Of a stretch of DNA of 64,000 nt, positions 57,071-64,000 are shown one piece after another; positions within the stretch are counted from its first letter, which is position 1; each line of letters starts with the position of its first letter. The DNA comes from Oscillospiraceae bacterium (GTDB lineage Bacteria; Bacillota; Clostridia; Oscillospirales; Ruminococcaceae): positions 1,555-65,554 of the forward strand of contig JAGAJY010000013.1 in NCBI GenBank assembly GCA_017848125.1. The letters are read 5' to 3'. Under the pieces are notes generated by a model. It made no database searches and was not told where the DNA came from. It saw nothing but the letters and a program-made list of their open reading frames with translations. A program made the translations under genes and the position numbers.

Positions 57071-59779
57071 ATGAAAAGAGTTCTGAGAAAACGACTCCCC
57101 CGTGATATAAAAGAGAATTTTCCAAGATACCTTGCTCTGTATCTTATGATAGCAGTCGCAATGTACCTTATCATTTCAATTGTGGGAGCAGCCGACACAA
57201 TAATAAACGGTACTGTATCCAAGGCAAATGCCAATCTGGTTGAGGACGGACATTTTACAACATTTATTCCTCTCGAAGCCTATCAGGAAGAACTTCTGAC
57301 AAATTCGGGTGCAATAGTTGAAAGAATGTTTTCAGCTGACGCAGAAATGCCCGACGGCTCTGTTCTCAGAGTGTTCGGCGAGCGTAAAACCATAAATCTC
57401 CCCCACATTGACAAGGGCGAAAAAGCCGACAATATGGGCGAAGCAGTCCTTGAAAAACGCTATGTGGAAACTCACGGAATATCTGTAGGCGATACCATAG
57501 AGCTTTTCGGGAAAAATCTTACCGTTACAGGAATAGGCTGTGTTCCCGAATATGATATGCCGCTGGCGGAAACCTCAGATATGGTCGTTGACAGCTCACT
57601 TTTCGGAATAGCCATTGTGACAGACGAGCAGTACAATGAGCTTGTAAACGATGATGTTACCGAAAACTACTGCTATGCCTACAGACTGAACAACTCTCTG
57701 ACTCATAATGAGCTGAAAGAAATGATAAAGGAGCTTGATTTTGATTACAATAAAGTAAGCAATATCTATTTCCGTGAAATGATAGATAATATTCTTTCCG
57801 ACAAAGAAAAGCTCCAAGACGGTATAAACGAGATATATGACGGCTCAAAGGAGCTTACAGAGGGACTTTCCGAGCTTGAATCAGCAGGCGATTCAATTCA
57901 GAGCGGTACAGATGAAGTGTTTTCCCTTTATCTCTCCCAGGTAAATTCCGTTATATCTCAAATGGGATTCACCGAAACCCTCACCAAAGACAATTACAGC
58001 GAAATACTCGATAATTATGCCGCAATGACAGGCTCAGAGGAAATAGCCGCATTAAAAAAAGCCCTTGACGGACTTAAAGCATATACTGACGGAATAAAAG
58101 AATACACCGACGGCGCAGGCAATGCATACAATGGCTCAAAAGAGCTTTCCGACGGTATATCCGAGCTTAAATCGGAAACCGATGAATTTCTCGACGAAGT
58201 ATTCGAGCTTGATATAGCAAACCTTACCGAATTTACCGAAGCACAGAACGATCCAAGAATCTATGCTGCCGCAAACGACCTTATAACAAACAAAAAAATC
58301 GGACTTCTCGCAGGTGTTGTGATAATGATTCTTTTCACCTATGTAATATCCGTTTTTGTTATCCACAAGGTACAGAGCGAAAGCAGTATCATAGGCACAC
58401 TTTACGCTCTGGGAGCAAAAAAATCCGACCTCATAAGCCATTACATAACTATTCCCACCATAATCAGCCTTGCAGGCGGCATTACAGGCTTATTGCTTGG
58501 CTTCAGCGAAATAGGCATACCCATTCAGATGAAGGATACCTATAACTATTTCTCAGTCCCCCACCTTGAGCCTTCAAAGCCCCTCTATCTGATGATCTAC
58601 GCTGTAATAATGCCCCCTGTTGTATCAATGCTTGTAAACAGGCTTGTAATAAGCAAAAAGCTTTCAAAATCCGCCCTTTCGCTTATCAGAAACGAGCAAA
58701 CAACCGATATAAGAGGAAGAATAAACATCAGAAAGCTCAGCTTTATAAACAAATTCCGTATCCGTCAGACGCTGAGGGAAATAAGAACAGGACTGACTGT
58801 AATATTCGCAATGCTTGTCTGCCTGCTGATATTTATGCTTGGAATGAACTGCTATACCGTATGCAATAATATCCGCAATGATAACGTTGAATACACAAAA
58901 TATGAGTATATGTACACTCTGAAATACCCTGCGGAAAATCCCCCCGAGAACAGCGAACCCTGTTACATTGAAAGCCTTTCCAAAACAAATATGGGCTTTA
59001 CTGTTGACATAACGGTCATCGGAATAGACGATACAAACAGATATTATGACACTATTCCCGTCAAGGGCAGGAATAAGCTTGTAATAAGCACAAGCGCCGC
59101 ACAGAAATATTCTCTGAAAAAGGGCGATACATTTGTACTGACAGACAATGCCGAGGATATGAGCTATGCCTTTGAAGTTGCTGATATATCCCCCTACTCC
59201 GCAGGACTTGCGGTGTTTATGGATATAGACAGTATGCGTGAGCTTTTCGGTCAGGAGGACGATTATTACAATATGCTCCTGTCAGAAGAAGCCCTTGATA
59301 TTGAAAGCGGACGAATATATTCCGTGACCGAAAAAAGCGAAATAATCCGCTCCTCGGGAATATTCGTTAACCAGATGAGAGGAATGTACACAATGCTTAT
59401 ATCCCTCTCAGCAGTAATATTCTGCGCAGTAATGTACCTTATGCTGAACGTAATGACAGACCGTGCCTCCTTCGGAATATCGCTTGTAAAAATATTCGGT
59501 TTCAGAAACAAGGAAGTAAAGAAGCTTTACCTAAGCGGAAATACATTTATAATCGCCATAGGAGCGCTTATCACAATACCCCTTTCAAAACTGATAATGA
59601 ATACATTATTCCCCTCCTTTGTGGCAAATACAGCCTGCGGAGTAAATCTGAAATTCCCGACATATCTCTATGCAATGATTTTTGCAGCAATAATGCTTAT
59701 TTACTTTGCCGTTAATTCCGTCTTGACTATAAAGCTCAACAAAATCACTCCTGCACAGGTCCTTAAAAACAGAGAATAA
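57071..59779 (+). CDS. Large ABC transporter permease with two FtsX-type modules and a coiled-coil extracytoplasmic domain
   Basis: 902-aa ORF. It has an N-terminal TM helix and an extracytoplasmic region of about 350 aa. That region carries YhgE/Pip-like repeats (YDGSKELTEGLSELESAG, YNGSKELSDGISELKSET). Two 3-4-TM FtsX-like blocks follow. The start codon abuts the ATPase stop. Confidence 0.8.
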   Translation: MKRVLRKRLPRDIKENFPRYLALYLMIAVAMYLIISIVGAADTIINGTVSKANANLVEDGHFTTFIPLEAYQEELLTNSGAIVERMFSADAEMPDGSVLRVFGERKTINLPHIDKGEKADNMGEAVLEKRYVETHGISVGDTIELFGKNLTVTGIGCVPEYDMPLAETSDMVVDSSLFGIAIVTDEQYNELVNDDVTENYCYAYRLNNSLTHNELKEMIKELDFDYNKVSNIYFREMIDNILSDKEKLQDGINEIYDGSKELTEGLSELESAGDSIQSGTDEVFSLYLSQVNSVISQMGFTETLTKDNYSEILDNYAAMTGSEEIAALKKALDGLKAYTDGIKEYTDGAGNAYNGSKELSDGISELKSETDEFLDEVFELDIANLTEFTEAQNDPRIYAAANDLITNKKIGLLAGVVIMILFTYVISVFVIHKVQSESSIIGTLYALGAKKSDLISHYITIPTIISLAGGITGLLLGFSEIGIPIQMKDTYNYFSVPHLEPSKPLYLMIYAVIMPPVVSMLVNRLVISKKLSKSALSLIRNEQTTDIRGRINIRKLSFINKFRIRQTLREIRTGLTVIFAMLVCLLIFMLGMNCYTVCNNIRNDNVEYTKYEYMYTLKYPAENPPENSEPCYIESLSKTNMGFTVDITVIGIDDTNRYYDTIPVKGRNKLVISTSAAQKYSLKKGDTFVLTDNAEDMSYAFEVADISPYSAGLAVFMDIDSMRELFGQEDDYYNMLLSEEALDIESGRIYSVTEKSEIIRSSGIFVNQMRGMYTMLISLSAVIFCAVMYLMLNVMTDRASFGISLVKIFGFRNKEVKKLYLSGNTFIIAIGALITIPLSKLIMNTLFPSFVANTACGVNLKFPTYLYAMIFAAIMLIYFAVNSVLTIKLNKITPAQVLKNRE

Positions 59780-59783
59780 ACAA

Positions 59784-59824
59784 ACCCCGAATCAGCGTAA
59801 AATGCCGATTCGGGGTAATTTTTT
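59784..59824. terminator. Bidirectional rho-independent terminator between the ABC permease gene and parB
   Basis: 10-bp stem ACCCCGAATC / GATTCGGGGT, with an A-run upstream and a T6 run downstream. Confidence 0.8.
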
Positions 59825-59834
59825 CAGCTATAAA

Positions 59835-60719
59835 TCAATCTGTAGCCGCAGCTGCGTCATAATCCTCTGTTGTTTCCATTTTTACAATATGGTCAACAAG
59901 CCTTGCAAGGTCGTCCTTATCGCTGAAGCTGAGAGTAATTTTTCCCTTGTCACCGCTTCCGCCCGTAATTTTGACAGTTCGTCCGATAAGCTGTTTAACA
60001 CTAAGCTCAAGCTCTGTGTAGTAATTTTTTGTTCCACGTGGAACATTTTCCTCATTTTCAGGCTTTTCAGCCGAAAGTGAGGAGCAAAGCTTTTCAGTCT
60101 GGCGAACATTAAGCTTATCCTTGATAATTATATCAAGAGCATAAAGTAGATTTTCCTTATCTTCAACAGACATAAGTGCCTTTGCGTGTCCCACAGAGAT
60201 CTCACCGTTTCTCAAAGCTTCAAGAGCCTCTTCGGGAAGCGAAAGCAGACGAGTAAGATTTGCAATGTAGGAACGTGATTTTCCCATTGCCTCAGAAAGC
60301 CTTTCCTGAGTCATACCGTATTTATCCATCAAAGCACGGTATGCAGCCGCTTCTTCAACAGGATTAAGATCTGCTCTCTGAACATTCTCAACAATAGCAA
60401 GCTGTGCCGCTTCAAGCTCATCGGTTTCCCTGATAATAACAGGTATTTCCTCCATTTTAAGCAGACGGCAGGCACGCCATCTCCTCTCACCCGCAATTAT
60501 CTGATAAGTCAGACCATTAGGCAGAGGACGGACTACGATTGGCTGAATAAGACCGTGTTCTTTAATAGAATCCGCAAGACTCTTTATATTTTCCTCATCA
60601 AAATCCGTTCTCGGCTGACCTTTATTCGGCTCAATTTCGGACATACGGAGGGTTTTGACCTCCTTATTTTCATATGCATTGTCTTCAAATAAAATATCAA
60701 GACCCTGACCAAGCGCCAT
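59835..60719 (-). CDS. parB: Chromosome partitioning protein ParB (Spo0J)
   Basis: 294-aa ORF with the ParB box GLIQPIVVRP...IIAGERRWRA and an HTH region. It lies downstream of parA and contains an internal parS site. Confidence 0.92.
   Translation of the reverse strand: MALGQGLDILFEDNAYENKEVKTLRMSEIEPNKGQPRTDFDEENIKSLADSIKEHGLIQPIVVRPLPNGLTYQIIAGERRWRACRLLKMEEIPVIIRETDELEAAQLAIVENVQRADLNPVEEAAAYRALMDKYGMTQERLSEAMGKSRSYIANLTRLLSLPEEALEALRNGEISVGHAKALMSVEDKENLLYALDIIIKDKLNVRQTEKLCSSLSAEKPENEENVPRGTKNYYTELELSVKQLIGRTVKITGGSGDKGKITLSFSDKDDLARLVDHIVKMETTEDYDAAAATD
60030..60045. other. parS: parS centromere-like site TGTTCCACGTGGAACA (inside the parB coding sequence)
   Basis: Perfect 16-bp palindrome that matches the Firmicute parS consensus TGTTNCACGTGAAACA at 15 of 16 positions. 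Confidence 0.85.
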
Positions 60720-60733
60720 TATAAATCCCCCTT

Positions 60734-61555
60734 TTATACCTTTGCAAGTCCTAAAAATCTTTTCTTAACTGGCTTCGGCTTAACATCCTTTTCGCCGTGA
60801 CGTGTAAGCATTTCTTCCGAAAGCTTTTCATAAGCCTCTGCACCTCTTGATGTCTTATCATAGTAAATAACAGGCTTGCCAAAGCTGGGAGCTTCGGATA
60901 GCTTTACATTTCTGGGAATAACAGTTCTGTAAACCTTCTGAGGAAAATGCTTCTGCACCTCAGAAACGACCTGATTTGTAAGATTCAAGCGAGAATCGAA
61001 CATAGTAAACACGATTCCGTCAATATCAATATTTGGATTATAATTTTTCTTGACCCTCTTTATAGACTCAACCAGCTGAGAAAGACCCTCAAGAGAATAA
61101 TACTCACACTGCAAAGGAATAAGCACGCTGTCTGAAGCACAAAGAGCATTTACTGTCAGCAGTGAAAGAGAGGGCGGACAGTCAATTATTATGTAATCAT
61201 AATCGTTTTTCACTGTAAGAAGCTGCATTTTAAGCCTGTTGGAACGGTTATCCAGATTAACAAGCTCAATATCCGCACCTGCAAGAGCAGATGTACTGCA
61301 TATTACCGAAACATTCTTGTAAGCTGTTTCAATAATACCCTCGCCTATTCTTCTTTTACCCATAAGAACATCATAAACCGTAACGGAAACAGATTTTTTC
61401 CTGATTCCGAAGCCGCTTGTGGTGTTTCCTTGTGGGTCCATATCAATGCAGAGAACCTTTTTCCCTCTTATACCGATAGAAGCCGCAAGATTTACCACTG
61501 ATGTTGATTTTCCTACGCCGCCTTTCTGATTAGCGACTGAAATAATTTTCGTCAT
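60734..61555 (-). CDS. parA: Chromosome partitioning ATPase ParA (Soj)
   Basis: 273-aa ORF with the deviant Walker A VANQKGGVGKST and the ParA/MinD fold. Confidence 0.92.
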   Translation of the reverse strand: MTKIISVANQKGGVGKSTSVVNLAASIGIRGKKVLCIDMDPQGNTTSGFGIRKKSVSVTVYDVLMGKRRIGEGIIETAYKNVSVICSTSALAGADIELVNLDNRSNRLKMQLLTVKNDYDYIIIDCPPSLSLLTVNALCASDSVLIPLQCEYYSLEGLSQLVESIKRVKKNYNPNIDIDGIVFTMFDSRLNLTNQVVSEVQKHFPQKVYRTVIPRNVKLSEAPSFGKPVIYYDKTSRGAEAYEKLSEEMLTRHGEKDVKPKPVKKRFLGLAKV

Positions 61556-61578
61556 TATATCCTTCCTTATATTAAAAT

Positions 61579-61594
61579 TGTTCCACGTGGAACA
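61579..61594. other. parS: parS site TGTTCCACGTGGAACA in the soj 5' leader
   Basis: Identical 16-mer located between the predicted soj promoter -10 (61619-24) and the soj RBS. Confidence 0.85.
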
Positions 61595-61618
61595 TTTAAT
61601 TTTTATCCCACAAATACT

Positions 61619-61647
61619 ATTATATCACTATATTCTGCCGATTTCAA
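61619..61647 (-). promoter_or_regulatory. Sigma-A promoter for soj-spo0J (TTGAAA-17-TGaTATAAT on the minus strand)
   Basis: The reverse complement reads TTGAAA (61642-47), a 17-nt spacer ending in TGA, then TATAAT (61619-24). Confidence 0.6.
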
Positions 61648-61683
61648 CCGTCAATAACAACAAATTTCAATATAATAAAAAAA

Positions 61684-61723
61684 TTACATCAAAAATGTTC
61701 CACGTGGAACATTTTTGATGTAA
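61684..61723 (-). terminator. parS: 40-bp perfect palindrome containing a parS core (61696-61711); it is followed on the minus strand by a T-run and is the likely noc terminator
   Basis: I checked base by base that 61684-61703 is the exact reverse complement of 61704-61723. The plus-strand A-run at 61677-61683 gives a T-run after the hairpin on the minus strand. The noc stop is at 61731. Confidence 0.75.
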
Positions 61724-61730
61724 AAAACTA

Positions 61731-62591
61731 TCAAACAGCCTCCCCATTTTCCTTACTCTGAGGAATACGAACAACATACTCTATGTAATCTCTTTCCTTT
61801 GTTTTCTTGACCTGAGCATTTATACCAGCCGCCTGCATTACCTCAACAGCGTGATTAAGTGTGTTAACGAACAACCGCACATCTTTGAAAGCTGTTCTGC
61901 ATTTTCTGATCCTTTGAAGTTCCCTTGTTTTCTGTGCATACTGCTCAATAAGCCGCTCAGTATTCTCAACATTCAGCTTTCTCTTGTAAACATCTTCGAT
62001 AATTTCATCTCTTATATCAGATGAATCAACCGCAAGCAAAGCACGGGCATGACGTTCGGTAAAGCCGTACTCGATAATTTTTCTCCTCTCCTGCTGTGAA
62101 AGCTTCAAAAGTCTGACCTTATTTGCAATAAATGACTGAGATTTTCCAAGTCTTAATGCTACATCCTCCTGAGTAAACCCGAAAAGCTGAGTCATAGCGG
62201 AAATTGCCTCTGCTTCCTCAAAGAAGTTCAGATCCTTTCTCTGCATATTCTCCGCAAGGGACATCATAGCCGAAGCACGCTCGGTAGCCTCAACTATAAT
62301 GCAGGAAATCTCTCTCATACCGCAAAGCCGTGCCGCACGAAGCCGCCTTTCCCCTGCCACAAGCTCGTAACCAATATCAAGCCGCCTTACAATGATAGGC
62401 TGAATAAGTCCGCTTGTTCTGATGCTTGCCGCAAGCTCCTCAATATCCGAATCATTGAAACGCTGTCTTGGCTGATTGGGATTTGGATAAATCCTGTCCA
62501 TATCAAGAGAAACTATTCTTCCTGTCTGCTTTTCATTAAGAATAAAGCTGCCGATATTATCCATAAGGGCAGATTTAAAGGGCATTGCCAT
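61731..62591 (-). CDS. noc: Nucleoid occlusion protein Noc-like ParB paralogue
   Basis: Contains the ParB box GLIQPIIVRR...LVAGERRLRAA and an HTH region. The C-terminal FKDVRLFVNTLNHAVEVMQAAGI...YIEYVVRIP resembles the Noc tail. I start the gene at MAMPFKS, after GGAGA. Confidence 0.8.
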   Translation of the reverse strand: MAMPFKSALMDNIGSFILNEKQTGRIVSLDMDRIYPNPNQPRQRFNDSDIEELAASIRTSGLIQPIIVRRLDIGYELVAGERRLRAARLCGMREISCIIVEATERASAMMSLAENMQRKDLNFFEEAEAISAMTQLFGFTQEDVALRLGKSQSFIANKVRLLKLSQQERRKIIEYGFTERHARALLAVDSSDIRDEIIEDVYKRKLNVENTERLIEQYAQKTRELQRIRKCRTAFKDVRLFVNTLNHAVEVMQAAGINAQVKKTKERDYIEYVVRIPQSKENGEAV

Positions 62592-62709
62592 AATATCATC
62601 TCCATTTCTTTCTATGATATTATTATAATGCCCTTTATGCATAAAATAAAGCTGAAAGTTTCCTCAATAGTTTTCATTTATTCTGCCAAAATAACAACTT
62701 TCAACAAAT

Positions 62710-63417
62710 TCACAGATTCTTTTTTGAAATCTGACCGCTGTTTCGTGGATATTTTGTCGGAGTATCAGAGATTTTATTTATAATAACAATAACACGCTTG
62801 TCACCCGAGGGCAGTTCATAGTCAACTACCTCAGATATCTCACCGCCAAGTATCTTAACAGCATTCTTTCCCAAAGAAATATCCTCATTAGGACCTTTCA
62901 TTGCAATAAACTGTCCTCCTGTCTTAACGTAAGGCATACAGTATTCCGCAAGCACAGGCAATGCTGCAACAGCCCTTGCCACAGCAAAATCGAATTTTCC
63001 TCTGTACTCAGCCTTACGGCCGCCCTCCTCTGCCCTTGCGTGAACGCAGTCCATAGGCAAAGTTTTTTCCGAAACCTCATTAAGAAAATTAACACGCTTA
63101 TTCAGGCTGTCAAGAAGGGTTACCTTCAAATCATTCCTATACAGTTTCATAGGCACACCGGGAAAGCCTGCCCCCGTGCCAACATCAATAACTGACGAAT
63201 TTTCGGGAATATCGGCATATTTGAATATAAGCAGACTGTCAAGAAAATGTTTTTCGGAAATTCCCTCAGGGTCAGTTATCCCCGTAAGATTCATAACCTT
63301 ATTGTATTCCACAAGCAGCTCAGCATATCTGTCCAGCATATCATACTGCGTTTCATTAAGTTCAAGACCGCATTTCCCGAACATTGCCGAAATTTCGCCA
63401 AATGGCAGAATTGTCAT
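62710..63417 (-). CDS. rsmG: 16S rRNA (guanine527-N7)-methyltransferase RsmG (GidB)
   Basis: 235-aa ORF with NLTGITDPEGISEKHFLDSL and DVGTGAGFPGVP motifs. Confidence 0.92.
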   Translation of the reverse strand: MTILPFGEISAMFGKCGLELNETQYDMLDRYAELLVEYNKVMNLTGITDPEGISEKHFLDSLLIFKYADIPENSSVIDVGTGAGFPGVPMKLYRNDLKVTLLDSLNKRVNFLNEVSEKTLPMDCVHARAEEGGRKAEYRGKFDFAVARAVAALPVLAEYCMPYVKTGGQFIAMKGPNEDISLGKNAVKILGGEISEVVDYELPSGDKRVIVIINKISDTPTKYPRNSGQISKKNL

Positions 63418-63440
63418 ACATTACCTCCGAACTATAAAAA

Positions 63441-63456
63441 TGTTCCACGTGGAACA
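63441..63456. other. parS: parS site TGTTCCACGTGGAACA between mnmG and rsmG
   Basis: Identical 16-mer located 2 nt downstream of the mnmG stop and 24 nt upstream of the rsmG start. Confidence 0.85.
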
Positions 63457-63457
63457 A

Positions 63458-64000
63458 TCAGTTTCTTCCTCTCTGCTTGGAAAGCCAAATTACCAGCACA
63501 CTCACATCAGCAGGAGAAACACCCGATATCCTTCCAGCCTGACCGATGTTCTCAGGCTTTACTCTGTTAAGCTTTTCAATAGCTTCAAGGCTGAGTCCCT
63601 CAATATCCTTATAATCCACACCCTCAGGAAGCTTTTTTTCTTCAAGCTTTCTGACGTGCTCAACTTCCATAAGCTGACGGGCAATATATCCGTCATACTC
63701 GATTCTAAGCCCTACCTGCTCGCAAACTTCATAAGGCAGAGGCTTACGCTCATCATCAAAAGGAGCGGTATCCTCATAGGATATCTGAGGTCTTTTTATA
63801 AGCTCAGAAAGCTTCATACCTGTTGAAATAGCCGCAGTTCCCTTGCTTTCAAGCATAGCATTAAGCTCCGCCGTAGGACTAACGGATTTCTTTTTAATTC
63901 TCTTAATCTCATTCTCTATCATTTCACGCTTTTCAAGGAATTTCTGATATCTTTCCTCTGAAATAAGCCCGACATCATATCCAATGGGAGTAAGCCTTTC
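63458..64000 (-). CDS. mnmG: tRNA uridine 5-carboxymethylaminomethyl modification enzyme MnmG (GidA), C-terminal ~180 codons (5' part beyond the window)
   Basis: The frame stays open to the window edge (ERLTPIGYDVGLISEERYQKFLEKREMIENEI...). The C-terminal GQAGRISGVSPADVSVLVIWL motif is typical of GidA. Confidence 0.9.
   Translation of the reverse strand, partial: ERLTPIGYDVGLISEERYQKFLEKREMIENEIKRIKKKSVSPTAELNAMLESKGTAAISTGMKLSELIKRPQISYEDTAPFDDERKPLPYEVCEQVGLRIEYDGYIARQLMEVEHVRKLEEKKLPEGVDYKDIEGLSLEAIEKLNRVKPENIGQAGRISGVSPADVSVLVIWLSKQRGRN

Noticed and set aside
58359-58367. A perfect DnaA box (TTATCCACA), considered as a possible oriC signature because of the nearby gid/par genes.
   Set aside because: It is a single box inside the ABC permease coding sequence. 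I noticed no box cluster or AT-rich unwinding element. oriC is expected beyond the right window edge.
63176-63826. A 216-aa plus-strand ORF spanning the rsmG start, the parS site and the mnmG 3' end.
   Set aside because: It runs antisense across two well-supported genes and an intergenic parS site, so it is not a plausible coding unit.

Overview
This 64-kb window looks like an origin-proximal chromosomal segment from a spore-forming Clostridia-type Firmicute. That taxonomic guess rests only on gene content: spoIIIAA-AH, spoIIGA-sigE, cwlD, rnfCDGEAB, an [FeFe]-hydrogenase and a GH5 cellulase. The right end carries the classic mnmG-rsmG-noc-soj-spo0J block with four identical parS sites; oriC itself is not in the window.

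Most of the window is densely packed core metabolism and housekeeping:
- tex, metY-cysK, gdhA, purL, mtaB, pgi
- yceD-rpmF, der-plsY-gpsA
- nusB-xseAB-ispA-dxs-tlyA-nadK-argR-recN

I found no rRNA or tRNA genes, CRISPR arrays, transposases, integrases or recognisable phage or defence gene clusters. I cannot point to a convincing new multi-gene system.

The parts that deserve a second look are small:
- Three A+T-rich accessory islets (11.4-13.0 kb, 43.1-45.3 kb, 54.4-56.3 kb) carry orphan hypothetical or immunity-like ORFs and gene remnants.
- A roughly 94-nt nested palindrome sits exactly at the truncation point of a GNAT pseudogene, upstream of an ABC transporter.
- A duplicated promoter module precedes two unrelated ORFs.
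- Twin palindromes flank the der-plsY spacer.
- One parS site is embedded in a 40-bp perfect palindrome that doubles as the noc terminator.
- Several conserved-but-uncharacterised proteins are present: a TsaD/Kae1 paralogue, a PflX-like radical SAM protein, a small P-loop protein and a His-less HPr-like protein.

All calls come from reading the translations and sequence by eye. No database search was run.
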